Shown: positions 52,720 to 64,000 of the stretch, one piece after another
Layout of the letters: every line of letters begins with the position of its first letter
How positions within the stretch are numbered: the first letter of the stretch is position 1
Source: the human T2T-CHM13v2.0 reference genome, Homo sapiens
Length of the DNA: 64,000 nucleotides
Strand: one strand, 5' to 3'
NCBI RefSeq assembly: GCF_009914755.1
Contig: NC_060925.1
The notes under the pieces: model-generated
What the model was told of the DNA's origin: nothing
The model's input: the letters and a program-made list of their open reading frames with translations, nothing else
Database searches by the model: none
Position numbers and translations under genes: made by a program

Positions 52720-55700
52720 GTGACTGGGAGTCTAAGAATATTAATTGGAGACAGTGGGAACAGGGGTAATTTCACGTACCCAGTAGGGACATGCTGTGCT
52801 AAGAGCGTGTGAGAAAATAGCGTGTGAGAAAAAATTTACCTGATGGTGCTGCTATAGGTCTTATTTTCTTCCATGTTTTGTTTCTTATGCAAAACGTATA
52901 TGTGTTAAGAGAAGGGGATGGGGAAGGAGAGTTCATGGAGGAGAGAAGAGGAGGAGAAATAAACTTTGAAAATTCTAGTTGCCATGACAACATAATGAGC
53001 TCCAAAAGTGGCATCTCTGAACCAGTTTTGCATGGGAAGGCAGAGAAGCTCAAAAGGGAAAGAATTAAAATAATAAAAATAATAAAACAGTGATCATGAA
53101 GCAAAGGATACATCTGAAGAGGCTGTGAGCCCTTCTTGTCACCCTCTGTGTGTTGGGAGTGTCAAAGCTGCTTGCTCCTGGCTGACCTGGGCAGAGCCTG
53201 CGGGATTGCCGTCAGGGGTTGGAATGCCTTTGCAGCCTCCCGGGCTCTGGACAATGCGCAGCTAAGGGATTTTGACAAAAAAGACCTCATGCATTGTGTG
53301 TGAAGTGCATTGTGCTTGAGAACCCATTGCAAGCCAGGCTGTCTTCCTGCTCCGTTTCTCCTCCCTTTCCTCCCTCCCACCCGCCCTTTCTTATAGCTCA
53401 GCTTTACTCTTTTCAATGAATTTCACTGTAGCCCAAGCGACAGTGTGTGCTGTGTCACTCTTACCACCATGGTATAGAATGTAAAATCCCCATTATTGGG
53501 CACTCGTTAGAACTATAAGGCTCTTCTCCCCAGCAAAGTGTCCCAGAGCTGTGCGAGGCTTATACAAAAGAAGGAAGCATTGAGAAGTGCAGAATGTGAA
53601 AGCCAAGAAGGATTTGTAGGTAATGATGTTTTTGCCCACCATACTCAAATTGGAAATGCACCCACAGCATCTTAGAATTATTTATTATTAAAAGTGTATT
53701 TTAATGAAGATATCCCTTGGTATCCCTTGTCCTGGTTCAAGTCGTGTTCATGTTTTCCTCATTATAATGGCCAGGACGTTGCACTACATATGTTTCCATA
53801 ATATAATCGGTGTTTAACAGCATCTGAGCCAATCCATCAGTTAAGGCACTTGTTCTGAGAACTGGTTGAATGTGGGGATCCTGCTGCCCCCTTGTGCTTG
53901 TTTGATATTGTTGCCCACGAGACTATCTAGGGTGTACATTATGATGTCTCTACCACCAAGCTCTGTGTCTGGCACACAGTAATTAATATATGTTGAATGA
54001 ATGAGTGCTTAGTTCCAGCTGAAGCATGAAGCCCTCCTTAGTATATATGTGCTCCGGCTAGACTCCAACGAATAGCTGTTTGGCAATACATGTCAAGTTG
54101 AGTGGATGATGTATAAGTGAACTAATATCCCCTATGGAGGACAGCAATTCTCAGTGAAATAAGCAAATCATTGTGTGAGTTCTGTGTATCAGCAAAGATT
54201 AAATCTATTAAGTTTTTAGCTTCTTTCAGATGTTAACCACTTAAGTAGTTAATATTTGCATAATGCTTCCTATAGTTTAGAACCATTAGTCAGTGAGGGG
54301 AACCTCCTTTTCTCTGTTATATTTCTTGGTGGAAGAACTTCCTCCAGAAAACACTTTTTAGGCCTTTGTCATCATCCTTTGCTCATTCCTCCTGAACTGT
54401 AATAGATGGATTTAGAAGAACTGGCTGTGCTCCTCTCAGCTTCTTCCTCCTCTTTAGAACTGGCCGGCCCTCCAGGAACGTATCTTCTCTACTCCCTTTT
54501 GCTTGTAGCTTCTGGGACAGTGCCCTGTAATAGGGTAGGACTGGGCTTCTGTGGTTGTTCCTATGACTGGATGGTTCAAAATTCTGGGGTATACACTCAG
54601 GATAGATCTAGAAGATAGATGATAGATCTAAAGTCATGTTCTCCAACTTGCTTTATCAGAAATGAAACTGATTATTTTTTGTCTTTATTTATCTAACTCC
54701 AGTATGTCCCGTGTCTCAGCTGGTTTCATAATCAGGAGGGGAATAAAAGGAAAATTGTATACTGATCCCCACAGCACTGCTATACATGATTAGAAAGTCT
54801 TTTCCCCCTTTAAACATGTAATTTTAAATGATACAATACAATCTCAGATGTGATTTTTGTCACCTTCAAGACATCCAGCAATTCTAGCACCTTAGATATT
54901 TATATCGCAGGTCAGTTGGAAAAGAGTAGTCACAAAACACAAATTATGTTCATAGTACACTTGGCTAGTGTGCAATTTCCTGATCACCAAACACAGGAGA
55001 ATTCAAAAGAAGTATGAAACCTGGTCCTTTGTCTTGGGGGCTTATTTCCTCCCACAGAAAGCTGAAACCTGCCACATCTTTTCATATGGGTGATCCCTGA
55101 AATAGGCATTCTGGGCTGGAGATACCACTGTGGTTTCTATCATGTAAGAGCAGTTTTGTAGAAGAGGTGAGATTTGAACAGGGCTTTGAAAGGTAGCTGG
55201 AACTTATATAAGCCCAGGGGTGTCATAGAGTGGGTTTTGGGGGAGAAGTTTTAGGAATAACAGGATGATCCCCAACTTTGAGGCAGGCCCTAATTTATTT
55301 GTGGGATAAAAACGATATTGAATATGAGAGTGGTGGGAACATCATTGGTTTAGTTAGGTCTGGTTAGATCATGGAGGACCTCACAGCAGAGGGAATTAAG
55401 GCAGGAGAGTTACTGTGGGTGCTGGATGGAGGGGGCAGGATGACCATGCGGGACATAGTATTTGGGGAAGATTAGCTTGCAGGCCTGTTCTGTGGATGAG
55501 GACACTTGCTTGTCTGGGTTCTCTGCTGCCTCTTCAACTTTAATCTTCTAGGAACTCTGAGTGGCCCCAGCATGAGGGCTCTAGTGGTGCCCCTCTGCCA
55601 GCCACTCTGAACTGTGGCAGACTTGCCCAGCACAGAAGTTAGGATAGGCTGTCTCTAAAAGAGGACTGAGAGAGTGTTTATTCTACCCAGACCATGGCTT

Positions 55701-56104
55701 TGAGATTGGATATCAGGATGCATGTTATTTTTTTAAAAGAGCTTTTTTGTTGTTATCTTCTAGATAAATGAGAAATCAGAAACAAAGTCACCATTCACCT
55801 GAAAAGGCACCACTGTCTGGGAGCAGTAGCAATGGGCTATATATAATAACAATAATGATAATAAAACAGGTACTGTTTATAAAGTGTTAACCGCCTGTTA
55901 GAACTTTTCTTATTGTATTGCTGCACATCTATCTAACATGTATGTATCTAACAAGGACATACTGAACTAACAAGGACACACTGAATACTGGTATTAGGAT
56001 TTGAAAAGGCTGGGGTAAATACAGACATACAAAAACAACCCTGATTTGAAGGTTTTGGAAGGACCTCTTAGGAAAAGAGGGAGGCAATTTAGCATTGTTT
56101 TGGA

Positions 56105-56310
56105 TTACGGGGCTCAAATCCTCATTCTTCATTTAATTAGCTGTGTCACCTTGGGCACATTTTCTAACCTTTCTCAGACTTAGTTTCTCCACCTGGAAAG
56201 TGGGGATCATAATATTTCATGGAGTTTTTGTTGATTAAATGATGTAATGAATACAAAGAACTTAGCACAGTGCCTGGCACATAAGAGATGTTCAGTAACA
56301 CATAACTATT
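56105..56310 (+). mobile_element. MIR
   Basis: agctgtgtcaccttgggcac...ttagtttctccacctggaaagtgggg...cttagcacagtgcctggcacata. Confidence 0.8.
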
Positions 56311-57270
56311 AAGAACCTCTTAAACTAGCCTCCTGTGAAACATGAATTTTCTATTATTCATTTTTATCTTTGAGTTAAGGCTTTTTAAGAGCCTCTAGAT
56401 AACTACAAATATGATATCTGGTGAAAGTTCCACATTTTCTTCCTCATGGTCTTTCACACCTTTGCATGACGCACTTACTGGCACCTAAGGATGACAGAGT
56501 CCCAGGAGAGAGGTACTCAGACAGGACAGAGTCATTTTAATAGATAGGGAGTAGAGTTGTAAACGATGAAGAAATCTGGAAAAGAATAGCCGGAAAGTTA
56601 ACAAAATGTATTGGATAACTACAATGTGCTAGGTTTTGTATATTATCTCTTCCTTACAACAATTCAGTATGACAGGCTGTGTTTCTCCATATTACCCATG
56701 GTGGAATGTGAACTGCAGGAGCCTTGCATACTTCCCCAAGGATCCCCAGTTAGTAAATTGGGGACTAGGATTTTTCACTTGGGTCTCTCTTAATCCAAAG
56801 CTCACGTGCTTTGTCCTACACTCTGCTGCCCCTCGGAAAATGCACAGAGCAAAGGTCCTATTAGAAGAAGGCAAACTCGGGCCAGGGCTCCTGGGCAGCC
56901 AGGGGGCAGATAAGGACATAATGCCAGGGAGCTCCATGTAAACACGTGAAAGAGGGAAATGGGCCACAAGGTATCCTTTCACAAACGGTTACTTCCAGTG
57001 TCCTTAGAGCTGGCTTGGTCTCAGGAGGACAGAGAGGCCACACTCACAAGGCATATTACCCATCAGGATGGCACTGCAGTGATGGGATTCTGAGATCTTT
57101 GTCCTCCTCCTGTCAGTGGCTGGGCTAACAGCAGGCCAGGCTGGACAGTGGCCTGGGAACATAGGGCAGGCAGGCAACCTGTTACTTGCCATAGAAGTGT
57201 GCAGAATTGACAAATCCATGTTCAGAAGGGCATCAAAGTCCGGGTGAGGCTGATCTTCTAAAGTTAAGTC

Positions 57271-57538
57271 CACCTGTAATTCCAGTGCTTTGGGAGGCTG
57301 AGCGGGGAGAATCACTTGAGCAGACTGGGCAACATTGTGGAACCTCATTTTGACAACAAACTTTAAAAATAAAAAATATTAGCAGAGCATGGTGGTGTGT
57401 ACCTATAGTCCTAGCTACTCGGGAGGCTGAGACAGGCAGGTTGCTTGAGCCCAGGAGTTCAAGGCTGCAGTGGTTGCATCACTGAAGTCCAGCCTGCATG
57501 ACAGAGTGAGACCTTGTCTCAAAAAAAAAAAAAAAAAA
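57271..57538 (+). mobile_element. AluJ, 5'-truncated with internal deletions
   Basis: cctgtaattccagtgctttgggaggctg ... ttgcttgagcccaggagttcaaggctgcag ... accttgtctc plus poly(A). Confidence 0.88.
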
Positions 57539-59939
57539 GAGTCCCCAATCTCAGCAGCTAGACAGAGAGCAAGAGTCAAGACCCAGGAGAAACCAGTGGG
57601 TGGAAGGGAAGCAGTGAATGAGGGGAATCAAAATGGGCATTTGGGAGATGTCACTAGAGGTATTCCCTGGGCAGAGAATGGGCTGTTAGTGTGGTTCCTA
57701 TGTCCTTCTTGTGACAGTGGCTAGGCACTTTCAAGGAGCCAGGTCTGACGTGCTATGATGCATGAGCCTCCAACCATTAGGGTGAAGGATGTGATCTGGG
57801 GTGAGAGCACAAGCCAATGATGTGACAACCACATGGGCCTGAGTGAGTGAAAACTGCCACAGTGAGCAGCGTGTAGGCTGCCAACCCACAGGGCCGGGAA
57901 AGTCAAGAACTGTGTGTTCCACCCGCACATGTTCTCTCATGCACATGCCGACCAGCCCAGCCCACCCTGCTTCTCACACGCCCTGCCTCCGGAAACGAAG
58001 AGCCAAAAAGGGAAAACCTCCCGAGAGTGCTTTTTACATCTTGCCAGACATCGGTCCACGCAGCAGCACACTTCACCACACCCCATCCCTGTCCTCAGTT
58101 ATCCTCTGTGTTCCCAGTCAGTGGTCTCTCAGCCTTGAAGCTCTTTCACCTCCTTGGGGCGCTTGAAAACGTTGGCCAGTTCCTTGAGATCTTCCTTCTC
58201 CCCTAGATTTCTCATTTCTCACTTCCTATGTGTCTGACCACTCCCTCCCAGCATCAGTAGGAGAAACCTTCAGCCCTGTTGCCATAGGTGCTAGGTCAGA
58301 GTTGCTTCCCAGGTGTCACACAGGGACTCAGGCTGAGGAACACTCCATTGTCTGCCAATGCTACCTTTTCAACAAGTACCCGTGCAGTCGCCCTGGAAGA
58401 AGGGAAAGGCTGCAGAGGGAGCACTGTCAGTTAAATGCTTTAGGGCGGTGTGTGACAGTTCTACTGACATTTCATTAGGAAATGAGTCACGTGGCCGTGC
58501 CTCCCCTCAAGGGTGAAGAACAGTTGAGGAGAACTGGATGTGTTCTTTTTCTCTGGGTTCTGGGTGGTTCTCCACAGGGAGCTGTTCTGAGCGTGATTGC
58601 CTACCACTGCTCTAAGCCTTCTGTGTCCTTGTGACCCTCAGATCCATGTCCCCAACTTCTGCCTCTCCTGTGCTGCAAAGCCGTATTTTCAACTGTATGG
58701 TAGATTCAAATGAAGTACTTCAAGCTTAGCATCCCACAAACCAAATTAATTTCCCCTACCAAAAACCCACTTGGCCATCTTGGGGGGCCTCTGGAATTCC
58801 TGGAGCATCCTTATCTGGTCTGCAAATTCCCTTTTATTCTGTGAAATGTCTGTTGCTCTCCCCATCCTCCTGTTTATTTCCAGTATCCTTGATCCTGTCA
58901 CACCCAGGTTTCTGCCATAGCCTACCAAATGGTGTCCCTTCCTCCTCTTTAGTTTTTGGCAAAAACATAGCTATTTTCCTAAAAATAGACCTAATCATGT
59001 TACTCCCTTATGTAAAACCTTAGACTATTTCCTACAACCCACAGAATGAAGTAAATCACATCAAGTCATTGGGGGAATGGGGTTGTATTTGAACAGAACC
59101 AGACAAGGATCTGAATGCTGGTCTACCACCTACCAGCTGTGAGTAAGTTATTTAACTTCATTGACTCTGTTTTTCAATCTATAAAAGGGAGATAATGATA
59201 CCTACCTCACAGGGTTGCCTTTATTTTTTGCTGTGTTCTGTGCCTATCATCTGGTTGGCTGGGGGCTTTGGGCAAGTCATTTTCTTCCTCTACAACCAAG
59301 GATGGGGAAGCAGCTTCTCTCTGACCTCATCACTTCCTACTCTCTTGCCTACTTCTCTTCAGCCACACTTTCTATAACTGTGAAAGGGGAAAGAGAAGCT
59401 CTGGAGGTCCTTACCCTGGCAATGCAATATTTGCCCTTAAATGTATTTGCCAGAACTGGTCATGTGGCCACATCCAATGTTGGGGGCCAAGAAGGCTGGG
59501 AGCCAAAAGTATTATGTGAGCAGCGTTAATGACTATCCGATTAACGATGACCCCATAGTGGGTATAGACCCTTGCCCTTTGGAGTGCCTCTTGCCTGGTC
59601 AAGGTCTGACACTGGGACCCCGTGTGACCATAGTTCAGTTGACTTTGTCAGATTTTTCTTAGCTTCCTTCCAAAGAGGATGGGATACACAATACTTTTAA
59701 GTACATTTAGGACTTGATGATAAAAACTGACCCTCCAAGATGCTCTAACTAGAAGGAATGCTGACTATCTTCTTGTCAGTTTTGCTTATCACAGGTGAGG
59801 AAACCGGAGGACCAAGAAGGGTGAGACATTCCCGCCAAGCTGGTTGCTGGCATCTCAGACTCAGTATGGCCACCTCTGAACTCTCATTGTCCCTCCCAGC
59901 AAATCCCACCCTCCAGCCTATATTTCCTCAATGGCTGGT

Positions 59940-60365
59940 TGTATTAGTCTGTTCTCACATTGCTATAAAAAAATACCCGAGACTGGGTAGTTTATGTAGA
60001 AAAGAGGTTTAATTGGCATATGGTTCCGCAGACTGTGCAGTAAGCATGATTCTGGTATCTGCTGAACTTCTGGGGAGGCCTCAAGAAACTTACAATTGTG
60101 GCAGAAGTTAAAGCAGGAGCTGGCACGTCTTACATGGCAGGAGCAGTAGGAAGAGAGTGAGTGAGTGGGGAGGTGCTACACACTTTTAAACAACCAGATC
60201 TCATGAGAACTTACTATCACAAGAGCAGCACCGAGGGGATGCTGCTAAATCATTCATGAGAAGTACCTCCATGATCCGGTCACCTTCCACCAGGCCCCAC
60301 CTCCAGTGTTGGGGATTACAGCTTGACATGAGATTTGGGCGGGAACACAGATCCAAACCATATCA
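59940..60365 (-). mobile_element. MSTA MaLR solo LTR
   Basis: tgtattagtctgttctcacattgctataaa ... cagatccaaaccatatca; perfect TSD ctggt (59935-59939 / 60366-60370). Confidence 0.92.
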
Positions 60366-60829
60366 CTGGTGTTGCCATTGATCTCTACTTGTCCTTTAAC
60401 ATGCAGTGTCCTCTTCCATGAATACCTTCCCCAGTTCCTTCCATAGAATTGGAGCCCCTCCCCTCCCTATGTTATCCATGTCCCATTTATGGCATATGAC
60501 GTTTTATATTGGTTTACTTGTCTGGCTCCTTGGTAGATAAGATTGACTTGAGTACAGCAAGGGCATCTTATGCATCTTATGCATCTTTGCATTTTCCAGT
60601 CTAGCAAGTGGCACTTTATGCAGTGGCACTGGATAGAATTCTTGTCTGAATTATTGGAAAAGAACCAGTTCCCACAGGTTCAACAACAGGCAGTGGAAGA
60701 GTTGGAACTTCTGATTTTTGTTCTCAGTCACTTACTACTGAATTGCATTTAGCTTACAGTTTTTCAGTCTCCTGCAGCATTGTGTTCCATGCTCTTATGC
60801 TTGGGTTTAAGAGACTTTTTTAAGATCAG

Positions 60830-62168
60830 ATTTTATTTCTTTCTTCTTTTATTTTAGGTTCAAGGAGGTACGTGTGCAAGTTTGTTACATAGGTAAATTG
60901 CATGTCACTGAGGTTTGGTGTACAAATGATTTCATCACCCAGATAGTGACCATAGTACCCAATAGGGAGTTTATCATTCCTCACTCTCCTCTGATCTTCA
61001 TCCTCAAGTTGGCCCTGATATCTATTGTTAACCTATTTCTGTCCATGTGTACTCAATGTTTAGTTCCCTCTTATAAATGAGAACATGCAGTATTTGGTTT
61101 TCTGTTTCTGCATGAAGTCACTTAGGATAATGTCCTCCAACTGCAACATGTTGCTGCAAAGGACATGATTTCATTCTTTTTTGTGTCTGCATACTATTCC
61201 ATGGTGTATATGCACCACAATTTCTTTATGCAGTCCACTGTTGATGGGCATCTAGGTTGATTTCATGTCTTTCCTGTTGTAAATAGTGCTGCAATGAACA
61301 TATGTATGCCTGTGTTTTTATCGTAGAACAATTTATATTCCTTTGGGTATATATACAGATTGCTCCTTCAGGCCAGGTTCTAGGGGAAATATGACAATGA
61401 CTTGATCAGGTTTGCTAGGTCAAATGGTAGTTCTGTTTTAAATTCTTTGAGAAATCTCCAAACTGCTTTCCACAGTGGCTGAACTGATTTACATTCTCAT
61501 CAACAGTGTATACGCGTTCCCTTTTCTCTGCAACTTTGTCAAATCTCTTATTTTTTGACTTTTAATAATGGCCATTATGACTGGTGTGAGATGGTATCTC
61601 ATTGTGGTTTTGATTTGCGTTTCTCTAATGATTAGTGATGTTGAACATTTTTTCATATGCTTTGTTGGCCATGTGTATGTCTTCTTTTGAGGAGTGCTTG
61701 TTCATGTCTTTTGTCCATTTTTAAAGGGCTTGTTTGGTTTTCACTGTTGATTTAAGTTTCTTATAGATTCTGGATATTAGATCTTTGTTGGATACATAGA
61801 TTGCAAATATTTTCTCCCACTCTGTAGGTTGTCTGTTTATTCTTTTGTTAGTTTCTTTTGCTGTGCAGAAGCTCTTTCATTTAATTAGGTCCTACTTGTC
61901 AATTTTTGTTTTTGTTGCAATTGCTTTTAGAGTCTACATCATGAAATCTTTGCCAAGGCCAATGTCCAGAATGGTATTTCCTAGGTTTTCTCCTAGGGTT
62001 TTCATAGTTTTAAGTTTTTCATTTAAGTCTTTAATCCATTTTGAGTTGTTTTTTGTGTATGGTGAAAGGAAGGGGTCCAGTTTCAATCTTTTGCATATGG
62101 CTAACCAGCTATCCCAGCACCATTTATTGAATATGGAGTCTTTCCCTATTGCTTCTTATTGTCAACTT
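60830..62168 (-). mobile_element. L1PA15/16-like 3' ~1.3 kb, antisense
   Basis: ggtaaattgcatgtcactgaggtttggtgtacaaatga 3'UTR diagnostic; continues into ORF2 (ORF 61845-62324 is the usual antisense-L1 artefact). Confidence 0.88.
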
Positions 62169-62640
62169 TCTCTCTTGTCTTCATTTGGTTTGCTGATTTG
62201 CTTTGTTTCATGTTTGGTGATAATGCCATATTCCCATTCAAGATGGATGTTCTTCCTAAATAAAGGATTTTTTAAATCCTTTTTTTTTTTTTTTGCCTTG
62301 TTAGTGACATGCTACAGAAAATAAACAGGGTAATTCTGATTTGTGATTGGACAGCCTTTGAATTAAAGGAGTACATATGGCTTTGGGGGGCTTAATATAT
62401 TGTAAAGACTGAGTTACTCTTGAGATTCTCTGTAAGTTTTTCAAACTGTAAAGTGGCTGACATTTGAAAGTATTATATGTAACATCCAGCATCATGTCTG
62501 CTGCATAGTATATACTAATTAGGAGAATTTGATGAACAAATGGAGAAGTTTTCCTCCCAGGAGCATGCTTACAAAGGAAACATTTTTTTTTTTTTTTTTT
62601 TGCCTTGCCTAGGTAGCACATAGCCCACCTTTAAGTTTTT

Positions 62641-62657
62641 TTTTTTTTGAGACGGAA
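62641..62657 (-). mobile_element. Ultra-short Alu 3' end insertion with TSD
   Basis: ttttttttgagacggaa flanked by ttaagttttt on both sides (62631-62640, 62658-62667). Confidence 0.7.
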
Positions 62658-63674
62658 TTAAGTTTTTAAATGATTTTTATATGTGTTATTTCATGTCCTC
62701 ATAACAAGTTGTTGTGCAACCATATATATTATACCTCTCAAGTCAAGTATTATGTTATGAATGCCTTGTACAAGTGTTGAGGGAACCGAGTTGGAATGTG
62801 AATAACTAACCCAGTGTGGTCTATCTTCTGCCAGTAACAGTTTCATTGCACAATCTTCCTTACTGGAGGTCAGTCACCTTACCCCACTGACTTGGCCCCT
62901 CTTGGAGTATCTCCTTTTTACTTTTGGAAGGTTCTCAGAACTTTCTCAATAATATTTCAAATTGCCATGTTTTGGCCAGGTGTTTTCAGTTGTGTAAATC
63001 TTAAACCCATTTCTGGAAGATGTTCTCAGTCCTGGTCTCACCTATTCAATAAACTTAAAGTTTCTGCTATGAGTTAAGTGCTCTGTTAATTTTGGTGGGG
63101 AAAGCACAAACAGACCTATTGTTAAGGCACACTCTCAAACTTTGTCTGGAAGACCTTTTGGAATACTTCACCTATATCTCATAGTTTTATTATTTCTGGT
63201 TTCTCAATACTTACTCATTTGTACCCCACTTGTTTCCTATGTTGTATATAAAATGACCCTGTCCTTTATATTTTTTATCTCCTGCATCCTAGTTCTCTAA
63301 GTTTTACTTCCTGAAAGCAATCAAATGCAACTAACATTGGGTTTCATTTGAGTTAGACCTGTAGAGTGCTTGGGCTAGAAAGGCTCTCAGGGAGCACTTT
63401 GCAGTTAAAATGAAGCCACCCCCACCCGCCCCCACTCTCTGCCTCCCCAGGGTAGTCTTGACCAAGACCTAGAGACAGTGAGGGGTAGATTAGGGCCAGA
63501 ATCCAGGCCCCTGACTCCTAGTCAGTACCCTATGTCTACCTATCCTTGTCCGGTGAACCTTTTGATATTTGATTTCCATCCTTGTTATCCCTTTTTCTTT
63601 ATTTGATGCTAAGCTATTGTCATCATTCCTCATTAGATCCAATTACAGAGGCTTGGAGGCCAGTAAGAACCAAG

Positions 63675-63997
<323 letters not shown>

Positions 63998-64000
63998 AGA

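Noticed and set aside
61845-62324. 159-aa hydrophobic ORF, plus ORFs at 26821, 27027 and 49407
   Set aside because: Derived from L1 ORF2 sense or antisense fragments.

Overview
Primate (most likely human) genomic DNA lying entirely inside one large neuronal gene. The only confidently coding segment is a 104-nt + strand exon at 28759-28862 ([35 protein letters not shown]). This is the domain I pore-to-S6 exon of CACNA1E (Cav2.3, R-type Ca2+ channel; exon 7 by my recollection of the numbering). The rest is intron, densely filled with repeats: Alu, L1, L2/MIR, MaLR LTRs (THE1B/THE1D, MSTA/MSTB, MLT1), a near full-length Tigger1, Tigger3b, MER5A and MER20. Essentially all ORFs in the supplied track are spurious or repeat-derived. 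Two structures are not explained by repeats. (1) A ~94%-identical ~420-bp inverted duplication (7887-8306 / 8669-9097) whose 362-bp loop contains splice-site-bounded cassettes on both strands. (2) An intronic module at ~52240-52725 with clustered E-box, Ets-IRF, NF-kB, ISRE and RUNX motifs, then a TATA box, a purine-rich exon-like segment and an ATG in frame with the downstream CACNA1E exon. It is a candidate internal promoter/alternative first exon for a Cav2.3 lacking domain I. Both are hypotheses from sequence alone. Repeat subfamily names come from recalled consensus diagnostics, not from a RepeatMasker run.
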